DNA of 64,000 bases, taken from the NCBI GenBank assembly GCA_032249135.1, contig JAVVGL010000002.1, positions 74,141 through 138,140 on the forward strand, read 5' to 3'. Within the stretch, counting starts at the first letter, position 1; each line of letters opens with the position of its first letter. The translations under genes and the position numbers were made by a program. Shown here one piece after another: positions 28,670 through 37,846 of this stretch. Source of the DNA: Candidatus Calescibacterium sp. (lineage in GTDB: Bacteria; Calescibacteriota; Calescibacteriia; Calescibacteriales; Calescibacteriaceae). The notes below the pieces were generated by a model, which made no database searches, was not told the origin of the DNA, and saw only the letters and a list, made by a program, of their open reading frames with translations.

Positions 28670-29608
28670 TCACTTATGGTTTCTGAAAACTTTGACAAAG
28701 TCCTCCCAATTTTCTGATTTTATTACTTCTTTTTTTATCTTTTCCAGCCGGTTTATATCATTTATTTTGTCTAAAAGTTTTTTGATTTGCTTTGCCTTTG
28801 AGCTACCAAACTTCAACTGGATGCCCAACAGAATTGCTTCTTTAAGACCTTTTATAAGCCCCCTTTTTTCTCCTCTTTTTTCTCCTCTTTTTTCTCCCTC
28901 TCTTTCTCCCCACTTATAAAAAAGAGTTTTTCTTATATCTATTTGTATTGGCATAGACTCTATTTTTATCTCAACATCAAATAAACCGCCTAAAAAACTT
29001 ATATCTTCCATATATTTTAAAAGTTCTTTTTTGTTTTTGATAATTTTTGAAATCTTTCTTATTACTTTTTTGAATACTTCTTGTTTCTCTCTGTATTTTC
29101 CGGCTAAAACTCCCAAAATGACTTCTTCTGGCTTATTACTTCCTAAAAATTCATCAGGGTCTATTTTCTTCAAATCAACAACTTTGAATTTAAGGAATTT
29201 AAATTCTGACCTGAAATAAGAAGGAGTAGGATTTCCCTTACCCACAAATAAAACTATCTGTACAGGTTCTTTGCCGAACTTCTCTTCAATAACAACAGAA
29301 TATATAAGCATTCTTTTGGGTAAAGTTTTATCTTGTTGAGCTTGGATTTCAATATGGAAGATTTTATCACCGGCTTTAAAGAGCATATCTGGTCGGAGGG
29401 ATTTGAGGAACTTTACTTCCTGAGTTATATCTTCAAGTTTTTCCTTTATTTTCTCACCAGTGGCTATTGAGATAATTTTTCCTACTGCCCCTGAGAAAAT
29501 TTCTTTTAAGACAAGGTCAAACCTTCTTAATTCTCTTTTCCGCTTATATTTTCTTTTTTCTCTTTGATGTTCTCTTTTATTCTTCTTCATTCCAAAATTT
29601 TTTTGCAT
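28670..29608 (-). CDS. Rpn/YhgA-like (transposase_31) PD-(D/E)XK nuclease
   Basis: FDLVLKEIF, LRPDML, FHIEIQ (ExQ variant), RMLIY, PVQIVLFVG; C-terminal GEKR repeats and LKFG helical tail. Confidence 0.85.
   Translation of the reverse strand: MQKNFGMKKNKREHQREKRKYKRKRELRRFDLVLKEIFSGAVGKIISIATGEKIKEKLEDITQEVKFLKSLRPDMLFKAGDKIFHIEIQAQQDKTLPKRMLIYSVVIEEKFGKEPVQIVLFVGKGNPTPSYFRSEFKFLKFKVVDLKKIDPDEFLGSNKPEEVILGVLAGKYREKQEVFKKVIRKISKIIKNKKELLKYMEDISFLGGLFDVEIKIESMPIQIDIRKTLFYKWGEREGEKRGEKRGEKRGLIKGLKEAILLGIQLKFGSSKAKQIKKLLDKINDINRLEKIKKEVIKSENWEDFVKVFRNHK
28861..28910 (-). repeat. 12-nt coding tandem repeat (GERE/GEKR x4) in the Rpn C-terminal region
   Basis: Plus-strand unit tttttctcctct repeated; protein GEREGEKRGEKRGEKRG. 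Confidence 0.85.
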
Positions 29609-29609
29609 T

Positions 29610-29733
29610 TCACTTATTGCGGAATAAAGTATCTCGTTTATTAATTAATTTTACTTTTTTTGTTTTAGTGGCTTATATCATTTGTTTTATCTCTAAAAGT
29701 TTTTTGATTTGTTTTGCTTCTGAACCCAGATTT
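29610..29733 (-). pseudogene. Degenerate remnant of an Rpn paralog C-terminus upstream of the intact Rpn gene
   Basis: ttatatcattt..ctaaaagttttttgatttg.tttgc matches 28753-28796; with frameshifts the minus strand reads GSEAKQIKKLL/DKTNDISH...FRNK* vs GSSKAKQIKKLLDKINDINR...FRNHK*. Confidence 0.7.
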
Positions 29734-29771
29734 TGCGTGGTAAATCTCAGAAAATTCCTCCTTTTTATTTG

Positions 29772-29801
29772 AAAGTCTATGCAATTTTAACAATAGACTT
29801 T
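29772..29801. terminator. Inverted repeat (possible terminator of the 29837..30175 gene, or an operator)
   Basis: AAAGTCTAT-N12-ATAGACTTT. Confidence 0.35.
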
Positions 29802-29836
29802 TATAAAGAGAAATAAAGAGAAATAAAGAATAAACT

Positions 29837-30175
29837 TTAAGATGATAAAAGGATTATTCTTTCTTTTATGAATTCATATGGCGGTAGCGGTAAGTATTTC
29901 CCATTTATATAATAGACACGACAACTCAACCCAACTGGATTTTGCTTCGCTCCATCTTCATCTATATCTTTGCCGTTCACAAGGATGGTTGGCGAACCGG
30001 GGAACTTTTTCAACATAGCCTCTTCATCTGTCTTCACTTCCTCCAATATCACTTCAACTGCTTTTCCTTCTTCTTTTAGCTCTTCTGCTACTTTATTTAC
30101 TCTTTCTAATGCTAACTGCCAGCTCGGACATTCTTTCCAGTAAAGAACTTTTATAACTATTTTTCTCTCGCTCAT
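29837..30175 (-). CDS. Thioredoxin-fold DUF2703-like protein
   Basis: YWKECPSW, FPGSPTILVNGKDI, GLSCRVY. Confidence 0.75.
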   Translation of the reverse strand: MSERKIVIKVLYWKECPSWQLALERVNKVAEELKEEGKAVEVILEEVKTDEEAMLKKFPGSPTILVNGKDIDEDGAKQNPVGLSCRVYYINGKYLPLPPYEFIKERIILLSS

Positions 30176-30222
30176 CAGTCAAAATATCAATTTAATGTTT
30201 TCGTTTTTTTAAAATTTCAAAT

Positions 30223-30492
30223 ATGGAAATTATGGGATTTCTTTTGAAGATTTTTATTTCAATCTTTGTTCTTGCAGCTTTCCTTTTCGGCTCACTTCTT
30301 ATCATGAAAAAAAAAGGTATATTCTTCCCACCCTTGATGAATGACAACAATAATATTCAAGTTCAATCACATATAAAGCTCACTCCGAAGGCTCACCTTT
30401 TCGTTGTCAAAATAGATCAAACCAAAATCCTTGTTGGAGTAACGGAAAAAAACATTTCATTTTATCAGATGAAAGAAAAAGAATCTGAATGA
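30223..30492 (+). CDS. fliO: Flagellar biosynthesis protein FliO
   Basis: Single N-terminal TM, then LTPKAHLFVVKIDQTKILVGVTEKNIS (FliO pattern). Confidence 0.78.
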   Translation: MEIMGFLLKIFISIFVLAAFLFGSLLIMKKKGIFFPPLMNDNNNIQVQSHIKLTPKAHLFVVKIDQTKILVGVTEKNISFYQMKEKESE

Positions 30493-30531
30493 AAGGAAAA
30501 AGAATTTGACTAAATTTCAAGTATATTAAAC

Positions 30532-31302
30532 ATGGTCAGAGTTTTTGAAAGTTCAGTTGTGAAAAAAGAGGAAGTATCAGCATCAACTTTCCTTGTAGAG
30601 ATGAAGGGAGATATAGATTTTGAGCCAGGGCAGTTTGCGATGATATCTTTACAGGATGAAATTTCTGTTATCCCAAAGCCCTTCTCTATATTTTATTCAA
30701 AAAATGGAGTTTTTTCGGTACTTTTTAAAGTGTTTGGAGGTTGGACGGCACGATTTTCAAAAGTAAATATAGGAGAAAAAGTTAGAGTGGTAGCTCCATG
30801 CGGAACCGGATTTTTGACCGCTATGAGAAGGTATGAAATTCCTGAGCCCAAAAATATTCTTTTTATTGCAGGCGGATTAGGAATAGCCTCTTTGTATCCT
30901 GTAATTGATTTTTTTGGAAAATCAAAAAGCTCTCTGATTTTCGGAGGAAGAAGCTCCCAAGACATAATTTTGAAAGACAAAATTCCTGAAAAAGTAAAAA
31001 CTCTTTACATTACAACACAAGATGGTTCAGAAGGCAAAAAAGGCACAGTTATAGATGCTCTTTTTGAGATTTCACCTTATGATTTTGATGTTGTTTTAAG
31101 CTGCGGACCTTATGGCATGCTCAAAGCACTCTGGGAATTTTGGACGAAGAACAAAATAAACACACCTTTACTTTTTGCCATGGAAGAAAGGATGGGATGT
31201 GGTTTAGGTCTCTGCTTTTCTTGCGCAATAAAAACAAAAGATGGTCCAAAACTCTGCTGCACTTATGGACCTGTTTTTTCGCACTCTGAACTCATTTTCT
31301 GA
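30532..31302 (+). CDS. pyrK: Dihydroorotate dehydrogenase electron-transfer subunit
   Basis: PGQFAM, PFSI, AGGLGIA, SCGPYGM, EERMGCGLGLCFSC...CTYGPVF 2Fe-2S motif. Confidence 0.88.
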   Translation: MVRVFESSVVKKEEVSASTFLVEMKGDIDFEPGQFAMISLQDEISVIPKPFSIFYSKNGVFSVLFKVFGGWTARFSKVNIGEKVRVVAPCGTGFLTAMRRYEIPEPKNILFIAGGLGIASLYPVIDFFGKSKSSLIFGGRSSQDIILKDKIPEKVKTLYITTQDGSEGKKGTVIDALFEISPYDFDVVLSCGPYGMLKALWEFWTKNKINTPLLFAMEERMGCGLGLCFSCAIKTKDGPKLCCTYGPVFSHSELIF

Positions 31303-31353
31303 ATTTTCGGATATTTTCATATTGAAGATTTATATTTTTTTATATCAAAATTT

Positions 31354-31430
31354 GGCGACGTAGCCAAGTGGTCTAAGGCGGGGGATTGCAAATCCCTTAT
31401 TCCCGGGTTCGAATCCCGGCGTCGCCTCCA
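31354..31430 (+). tRNA. tRNA-Cys (GCA)
   Basis: Acceptor stem GGCGACG/CGTCGCC, anticodon loop TTGCAAA, T-loop TTCGAAT, discriminator U, encoded CCA. Confidence 0.97.
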
Positions 31431-31450
31431 TCTTCTTCCTATACTAAATT

Positions 31451-32533
31451 ATGATAAGTCCCGAGAAACTTCAAAAAGCTAAAATTTTCATACAAAAAAT
31501 AGATGAGCTCAAGAACGAAATTCTGAAAATAGATGAAAAGCTCTCCCAGGAATTTGATGCTTCTTTACTTGAAAAAAGAGGAAAAATTGAGGAGAAAGTT
31601 GAGAAATTTGAACAGATAAAAAAACTTATGAAAGACCTTGAAGAAGTCGAAGATATAATATCATCTGAAAGTGATCCAGAAATTATTTCTTTGGCTCTGG
31701 AAGAAAAAAAATCAATTGAGAAAAATTTAGAAAAGCTCATTCACGAAATCGAGGAATTGGAGGAAGAAAGCAAAAGAAAAAAAAGAGATTCTTGCATAGT
31801 TGAAATAAGGGCTGGAGTTGGAGGAGAAGAAGCTGCTTTATTTGCTGCTGACCTTTTCAGAATGTACTCAAAATTTGCGGAAAAAATGGGATGGAAAACA
31901 AAACTAATATACGAGAGAAGATCAGACCTCGGAGGAATAAAAGAGATCTCGTTTATAATTGAGGGAAAAGGTGCGTACGATTTTATGATAAATGAAGCAG
32001 GTGTTCACAGAGTTCAAAGAGTTCCAATTACAGAGGCCTCAGGTAGAATTCATACATCAACTGCTGCTGTTGCAGTCCTTGAAGAACCAGAAGATATTGA
32101 GATAAAGATAGACCCAAAAGATTTAGAAATTGAAACTTTTAGAGCATCTGGACCAGGAGGTCAGCATGTGAACAAAACAGATTCAGCCGTGAGAATAAGA
32201 CATATTCCAACTGGAATAGTTGTTGTGTGTCAAGATGAAAGATCTCAACATATGAACAAAGAAAAAGCTTTGCGACTTCTTAAAGCAAAATTGTTTCATA
32301 TAGAGAAAGAAAAGTTAGAGAAAGAAATTTCTGAGAAGAAAAAACAACAGATAGGTTCAGCGGAAAGGTCGGAAAAACTCAGAACCTATAATTTCATGCA
32401 AAACAGAGTAACAGACCACAGACTTGGTGTGACTTTATATCGCCTTGAAGATATATTAGACGGAGATTTAGATTTGCTGTATAAAGCCTATCAGGAAGAC
32501 AACAAAAAATCAAAAGGAGCAGAAAAAGATTGA
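31451..32533 (+). CDS. prfA: Peptide chain release factor 1
   Basis: [25 protein letters not shown] (PxT), [13 protein letters not shown]. Confidence 0.96.
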   Translation: MISPEKLQKAKIFIQKIDELKNEILKIDEKLSQEFDASLLEKRGKIEEKVEKFEQIKKLMKDLEEVEDIISSESDPEIISLALEEKKSIEKNLEKLIHEIEELEEESKRKKRDSCIVEIRAGVGGEEAALFAADLFRMYSKFAEKMGWKTKLIYERRSDLGGIKEISFIIEGKGAYDFMINEAGVHRVQRVPITEASGRIHTSTAAVAVLEEPEDIEIKIDPKDLEIETFRASGPGGQHVNKTDSAVRIRHIPTGIVVVCQDERSQHMNKEKALRLLKAKLFHIEKEKLEKEISEKKKQQIGSAERSEKLRTYNFMQNRVTDHRLGVTLYRLEDILDGDLDLLYKAYQEDNKKSKGAEKD

Positions 32534-32573
32534 CTGGTCAGAAAGATTGTCAGAAAGATTGATTATTTTTTTA

Positions 32574-33812
32574 TTATTCCACAACTATTTTTACAAATCT
32601 TGTTTTTCCCACCCTGACTTTATATTCTCCTTTTTTCAGTTCAAAGAATTTTTCCTTTATCCTTTCTCCATTGATATATATTCCTCCCGATTCTGTAAGT
32701 CTCATAGCCTCAGATACACTGCTTACTATTCCAGATTCTTTCAAAACCTTCTGCAATATACTTCCTTCTTTTACGCGTATTTGGGGAATTTCGTCGGGCA
32801 TTTCTCTTTCTCTTATGACTTTGTCAAACCAGTCTTTTGCCCTCATAGCTTCCTTTTCTCCTTTGAGTCTTGCCGTTATCTTATAAGCTATTTGAGTTTT
32901 TGCTTCAAATCTCGGGATTTTTTTGAGTTCTTCTAATTCTTTTTGTTCATATCCTCCCAAAAGCTCAGCATATTTGAAAATCAGCATATCGTCTATACCC
33001 ATAAGTTTTCCGAATATATCTTCCGCCGGTTCATCTGGTGTTATGTAGTTTCCATAAGATTTTGACATTTTGAGTTTCCCGTCCGTACCTTCTAAAATTG
33101 GAGTTGTTATGCAAACCTCCGGAGGTAGTCCGTACTCTTTCATTATCTGGCGCGCAAATATAAGATTGAAAAGTTGATCGCTCCCTCCAAGCTCTATATC
33201 TGCCTTTACTACAACAGAATCATAAGCTTGCAAGAACGGATATAAAAATTCATGAACAAATATTGGTGCTTTCTCTTGCATTCTTTTTTTGAAATCTTCT
33301 CTTGCTATGATTTGGGCAACTGTTGCTTTTGAAAATAGCTCAAAAAGTTCAGTTGTGCTCATAGATTTAAACCAATCCGAGTTAAAATAAACTCTTGTCC
33401 TTTCTTCAATAAGAAACCTCATAACTTTTTTAAGAATTTCCTTTGCGTTTTCTTTTACCTCTTCCTCAGAGAGTTTTGGTCTCAAAGTCGTTCTGCCGGA
33501 TGGATCTCCTATTTGTGCTGTAAAATCTCCTATTATGAGACAAACTTCATGTCCCATCTCCTGAAACTCTCTAAGTTTGAAGATTAAAACAAGATGCCCA
33601 AGATGTATAAGTGATGCGGTTGGATCTATTCCAAGTTTTACTCTCAAAGTTCTTCCACTTTTTAAAAGTTTTTCAAGTTCCTCTTCCTCCACTATTGATA
33701 TGAGTCCTCTTTTTATCTTTTCCAAACCGTTTTTTTTCTTTTGATTTTTTTCTTCTTCATGCATCATTTCTATACCATGATTTTTTCTTTCATGTTTTTG
33801 CTCCACAACCAT
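32574..33812 (-). CDS. tyrS: Tyrosine--tRNA ligase (true start may be slightly downstream)
   Basis: GIDPTA..HLGH, GDPSGR, YPFLQAYD, GGSDQ, KMSKS, C-terminal S4 domain. Confidence 0.96.
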   Translation of the reverse strand: MVVEQKHERKNHGIEMMHEEEKNQKKKNGLEKIKRGLISIVEEEELEKLLKSGRTLRVKLGIDPTASLIHLGHLVLIFKLREFQEMGHEVCLIIGDFTAQIGDPSGRTTLRPKLSEEEVKENAKEILKKVMRFLIEERTRVYFNSDWFKSMSTTELFELFSKATVAQIIAREDFKKRMQEKAPIFVHEFLYPFLQAYDSVVVKADIELGGSDQLFNLIFARQIMKEYGLPPEVCITTPILEGTDGKLKMSKSYGNYITPDEPAEDIFGKLMGIDDMLIFKYAELLGGYEQKELEELKKIPRFEAKTQIAYKITARLKGEKEAMRAKDWFDKVIREREMPDEIPQIRVKEGSILQKVLKESGIVSSVSEAMRLTESGGIYINGERIKEKFFELKKGEYKVRVGKTRFVKIVVE

Positions 33813-34045
33813 TTTTTTATTTTAAATTTATCTTTTCTCAAACTCTTAATTTTCATTTTTGCTTTCCTTAATTTAAAGGGAAAGATGAAAGATTTCATTT
33901 ATAATTTTCTTTTTTTGAGATATAGGAGTTTTTTTCCCAGATTTTTACTAATTTTTTTTCTCAGATTTTCGCTCTTATTTTCACTATTTTTACTTTTTCA
34001 TCCGTTCTTTTTTTTCTTTCCTGTGCTTCAAAAGGAATAAAAGGT

Positions 34046-34366
34046 TTGAAAGTTCCCGAACTGGAAATAAAAGAGATAAAATTTGATGAGAATGGAAACC
34101 TTATTTTTTCCGTATCCGGTGTAAAGGAAATATTAATATGCTCTGATTTTGAGGAGAAAAATTGTGAATCTAAATGTGAATCTGAAAGCGAATGCAAATC
34201 TATAAAAGTTAATTCTTTGTTTTCTTCATCTTCTTTTGAAATTTCAAAACCCAAAAATTATTCACAAATTAGAGTTTTATTAGTGGGATTTGGAGGGAAG
34301 AAGAAAGAGTTCATTTTAAATTTTGTTGAAAGAAAAGTAGTTGATAAGAAAAAAAATAAAAGATAG
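34046..34366 (+). CDS. Hypothetical protein, probably a lipoprotein whose N-terminus lies upstream without an in-frame canonical start
   Basis: The same frame upstream reads IFALIFTIFTFSSVLFFLSCASKG (lipobox-like Cys at 34022). Confidence 0.45.
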   Translation: MKVPELEIKEIKFDENGNLIFSVSGVKEILICSDFEEKNCESKCESESECKSIKVNSLFSSSSFEISKPKNYSQIRVLLVGFGGKKKEFILNFVERKVVDKKKNKR

Positions 34367-34368
34367 AT

Positions 34369-35661
34369 TCATATTACTCCAAGTTCTTTTCCGACTTTGT
34401 AAATTTTTTCAAGGGCAAAATCTATATGTTCCTGTGTATGAGTTAGCATTATAGAAGTTCGCAGTAGAGATTCCCCTTGCGGAACAGCCGGTGGAATTAC
34501 ACAGTTTGTATAGACTCCTTCATCAAATAGCCTTTTCCAAAACATTATAGCTAAAACTTCTTCACCGAGTATTATTGGGACTATTGGGGTTTGAGAATTT
34601 CCTATGTTGAACCCTGCTCTTTTCAGCTCATTTCTATAATATTCTCCTTTTTTCCTCAGTTCCTCAACCATATCAGGATTTTCTTTCATAAGCTTCAAAG
34701 ATGCTCTTACTGATGCGACACAGGGTGGAGGCAAAGCTGCGGAGAAAATCATAGGTCTTCCAAAATGCTGAATGAAATCAATAACATATTTTTCTCCTGC
34801 TACAAAGCCTCCAATTGAAGCGAATGACTTTGAAAACGTCCCCATGATTATATCAACCTCGCCGTCAAACCCTAAATGATTTGCTGTTCCCCTTCCTCCA
34901 TAACCTAAAACTCCGAGCCCGTGAGCATCATCTACAAAAATTCTTGCTTTGTATTTTTTAGCTAACCTCACTATTCCTTCAAGGTCTGCTATATCTCCAT
35001 CCATAGAATATACCCCATCTACAACAATCAATTTTCCTGAATCTTCTGGTAAAGATCTCAGAACTTCTTCTAACGACTCCATATTGTTATGTCTGAAATT
35101 TACTTTTTTCCCTACACCAAGCTGTGTTCCATCTACGATTGAAGCGTGACATTTTGAATCACAAATTATAAAGTCATTTGGACCCGATAGTGCGGATAAA
35201 ATTCCAAGATTTGTCTGGTATCCGGTTGAAAAGACAAGAGCTTTTTCTTTACCTACAAAGTCTGCAAGCTCTTCTTCCAATTCTTTGTGCATTTTGAGTG
35301 TTCCATTAAGAAATCTTGATCCGGTTGCACTTGTTCCATATTCTTTTACAACTTTTATTACCTCCTCTTTGACTTTGGGATGGTGAGTGAGACCAAGATA
35401 GTTATTTGAGCCGAGCATTATTTTTTTCTGACCATTAATGTAAGCTACAGGACCCTCATTTTTTTCAAACTCCAAAAAATATGGGTAAAGTCCGAGCTCC
35501 CTCGCTTTTTCAGCAATTTTGAACCTTCTACATTTTTCAAATATATCGCTTGATTTTATTTTGAAAACTCCAAACCTTCCCTTTATTTCCGCTGAAAGGC
35601 TTGAAATTGTATCAAGAGAATATTCATTTGAATAAGTTAAATCTGCCTCATTATTGATCAT
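34369..35661 (-). CDS. spt: PLP-dependent alpha-oxoamine synthase, serine palmitoyltransferase-like
   Basis: YPYF, MLGSNNYLGLT, GSRFLNGT, STGYQTNLG, HASI, DDAHG, GTFSKSFASIGG. Confidence 0.7.
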   Translation of the reverse strand: MINNEADLTYSNEYSLDTISSLSAEIKGRFGVFKIKSSDIFEKCRRFKIAEKARELGLYPYFLEFEKNEGPVAYINGQKKIMLGSNNYLGLTHHPKVKEEVIKVVKEYGTSATGSRFLNGTLKMHKELEEELADFVGKEKALVFSTGYQTNLGILSALSGPNDFIICDSKCHASIVDGTQLGVGKKVNFRHNNMESLEEVLRSLPEDSGKLIVVDGVYSMDGDIADLEGIVRLAKKYKARIFVDDAHGLGVLGYGGRGTANHLGFDGEVDIIMGTFSKSFASIGGFVAGEKYVIDFIQHFGRPMIFSAALPPPCVASVRASLKLMKENPDMVEELRKKGEYYRNELKRAGFNIGNSQTPIVPIILGEEVLAIMFWKRLFDEGVYTNCVIPPAVPQGESLLRTSIMLTHTQEHIDFALEKIYKVGKELGVI

Positions 35662-35721
35662 AAGATCTTACTATAATTTCAAATTCTAATTTTTCCCAAT
35701 TTTTAACCAATTTTCCGGAAA

Positions 35722-36495
35722 TTATGAATTTTGCGTTTTTTGAGTTCCCATGTTGTCATTATTTTTTTTATTTTCCAGATCTTTTTTCTCCTGCGATTCC
35801 AAATTCAGGACTTCTTTCTTTTTTGATACAACAACCTGAACAGGTCTTATTACCCTGCCTTGAAATTCATATCCTTTTCTCAGAACTTTAAGAATTATTC
35901 CCTCTTGATGTTCATCAGAAAACTCAAAATCCACTATTTCACATGTAGCAGGTGAGAAATTTTGACCAACTTCAACTTCTATTTCTTTCAATCCTGAATC
36001 TGAAAGCGATTTCATTATGATTTGCCGAACAAGTTCCACTCCCTTTCTTGATTCTTCATCCTTTATATAACTCAGAGCAAAATCTAAACTATCTAATGCA
36101 GATATTATATTTATAAAGACTTTGGTCAGAGCATCTTTTACGGCATTCTCTATTTCAACTTTAACTCTCCTCCTATAATTTTCATATTCCGAAAATGTAT
36201 ATATCCACCTTGTTTTATAGTCTTCAACTTCTGCTTTTAATCTTTCTATTTCGGCTCTGAGATTCTCAATCTGAGTTTGAAAATCCAAACTCTCTCCTCC
36301 CTCACCGTGTTGTATTTCACCTGATACATTTTCAAGTTCCGAAGACTTCACTTCATATTCTGCAACATCATTGCCTTTCTCGGTTTCTTGATAAAGTTCA
36401 TCAGATTTCAAATCTGAGCTTCCTTTTTCTGCACCCAAATCTTCCTCTTTTTTTTCTATTATTACCTCTTTCTTTTCTTTATTTTCTTTCATCAT
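35722..36495 (-). CDS. grpE: Nucleotide exchange factor GrpE with long acidic N-terminus
   Basis: EYENYRRR coiled coil, LDSLDFAL, VLRKGYEFQGRVIRPVQVVVSK. Confidence 0.88.
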   Translation of the reverse strand: MMKENKEKKEVIIEKKEEDLGAEKGSSDLKSDELYQETEKGNDVAEYEVKSSELENVSGEIQHGEGGESLDFQTQIENLRAEIERLKAEVEDYKTRWIYTFSEYENYRRRVKVEIENAVKDALTKVFINIISALDSLDFALSYIKDEESRKGVELVRQIIMKSLSDSGLKEIEVEVGQNFSPATCEIVDFEFSDEHQEGIILKVLRKGYEFQGRVIRPVQVVVSKKKEVLNLESQEKKDLENKKNNDNMGTQKTQNS

Positions 36496-36567
36496 AACAC
36501 CAGATAGAAATAGTAAAATAACTTCAAGTCAATAAGAATAAATTTTTTAAGTTTTGAGGTATAAAAA

Positions 36568-37752
36568 TTATCTTTCAAAAAAATCATGCCGAAACAAACA
36601 GTCTACAATTTTAAATTCACTATTTTGGTCAAGTTCAAAAAATCCATTTCTTTCCTTAGCCTCATTTATAAAAACAACATCTCCAGAGTGTACAGATTCT
36701 ACATCGGAATTCTTTTCACCTATGTTTCTTTCAAGAATTTGAAAAAGATTTTTTCCTGAGCTACTACATGTCCAAAATCTTATTCTACCTTTTTCTTCAA
36801 GCTTATGGCTTACAACACGATGCAGATTTTTCCACCTTGAAAAATCTTTATTTTTTGAAAGCACAAGGTAAGAAAAATTAATTTCTGGAACCCTCCCCCC
36901 TATAAGGTTCATTCCTCTTGAAAGAGAAAGAGGAGGAACCCATTTTGTTCCAAAATGACACCAATCATCTTTTATTTTTAAAACAGGACACGCCTCATAG
37001 TGCGTGCAAGGTGCTATCACATAATTTTTCAAGGTTTCTCTTATTTTCATAATAAAAAGCGAATTTCTTCTCTTTAAGGCTGGCTCAACTAGTGCAAAAA
37101 TCCCCCAATCAGAAATTGCTTTCAAAATTTTATCAGACCATGAAATCATACTATCTGTGTCATCACGGAATATATCGTAAAGAGAGAAAGCAAGAACAAC
37201 AATATCAGGATTCTCTCCTATCTCTTTTTTTATATTTATTCTACTCGCATCTGAAACTATCTTTTCAATCTGAACTTCAAAAGGTACCCCCTTTGCTACT
37301 TGATTCAGTATTTTGATTCCAAAATCAAGAGCTATATCTGATATATCTTGCACAAATACTTTTACTTTCAAATCCGCCATAGTTTGATCTTTTTGAGATA
37401 TAAAATCAAGAACGAAAATAAAAGCAGAAGAAGCCGAGCATACACCAGCAGATAAATCAACAAAAATCACATCTTTTTTCTCACTCTTTTTTCTTCTCAG
37501 TATCTCTAACAATATTCCCTCAATACTTGAAAGAACGAAAAATACAGACGAAAAAGTTTTTGGGAAAAAGTAATATGTGTAAGGAATAACGGTTTGAAGG
37601 TTTATGGGAAAGTTTTCTCCTCTGTGGAATATTTCTGCAAGTTCAAAAGATGCTCTTGCTAATGATGGTAGAAGATCTCGCCTCCAACCTCCGACTATTC
37701 CATCTATTATTTTTGATATTTGTTCTGGGAAGTAAAATATTCTTTTTTTTAT
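36568..37752 (-). CDS. Rsm22-like SAM-dependent methyltransferase; frame open 80 codons upstream of the called TTG (37512), probable ATA start at 37752
   Basis: VEPA, IAPCTHYEACP...DWCHF, FSYLVL. The upstream extension (I/M)KKRIFYFPEQ...PYTYYFFP contains no ATG/GTG/TTG back to a TAG at 37828-37830. Confidence 0.7.
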   Translation of the reverse strand: MKKRIFYFPEQISKIIDGIVGGWRRDLLPSLARASFELAEIFHRGENFPINLQTVIPYTYYFFPKTFSSVFFVLSSIEGILLEILRRKKSEKKDVIFVDLSAGVCSASSAFIFVLDFISQKDQTMADLKVKVFVQDISDIALDFGIKILNQVAKGVPFEVQIEKIVSDASRINIKKEIGENPDIVVLAFSLYDIFRDDTDSMISWSDKILKAISDWGIFALVEPALKRRNSLFIMKIRETLKNYVIAPCTHYEACPVLKIKDDWCHFGTKWVPPLSLSRGMNLIGGRVPEINFSYLVLSKNKDFSRWKNLHRVVSHKLEEKGRIRFWTCSSSGKNLFQILERNIGEKNSDVESVHSGDVVFINEAKERNGFFELDQNSEFKIVDCLFRHDFFER

Positions 37753-37762
37753 TTTTGGTTTT

Positions 37763-37837
37763 TGGAGCGGGCAACGGGATTCGAACCCGCGACACTCGGC
37801 TCGGGAAGCCGATGCTCTACCCCTGAGCTATGCCCGC
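37763..37837 (-). tRNA. tRNA-Gly (CCC)
   Basis: GCGGGCA TA GCTC AGGGGTA GAGC A TCGGC TTCCCGA GCCGA GTGTC GCGGG TTCGAAT CCCGT TGCCCGC T CCA. Confidence 0.96.
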
Positions 37838-37846
37838 CCCACTCTT

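Noticed and set aside
28670..29608. Rpn gene as an IS-element transposase
   Set aside because: No terminal inverted repeats or target-site duplication seen; the family is a PD-(D/E)XK nuclease, not a DDE transposase.
31354..37837. tRNA-anchored genomic island or prophage between or next to the two tRNAs
   Set aside because: No integrase, no duplicated tRNA 3' end, and the flanking genes are housekeeping.
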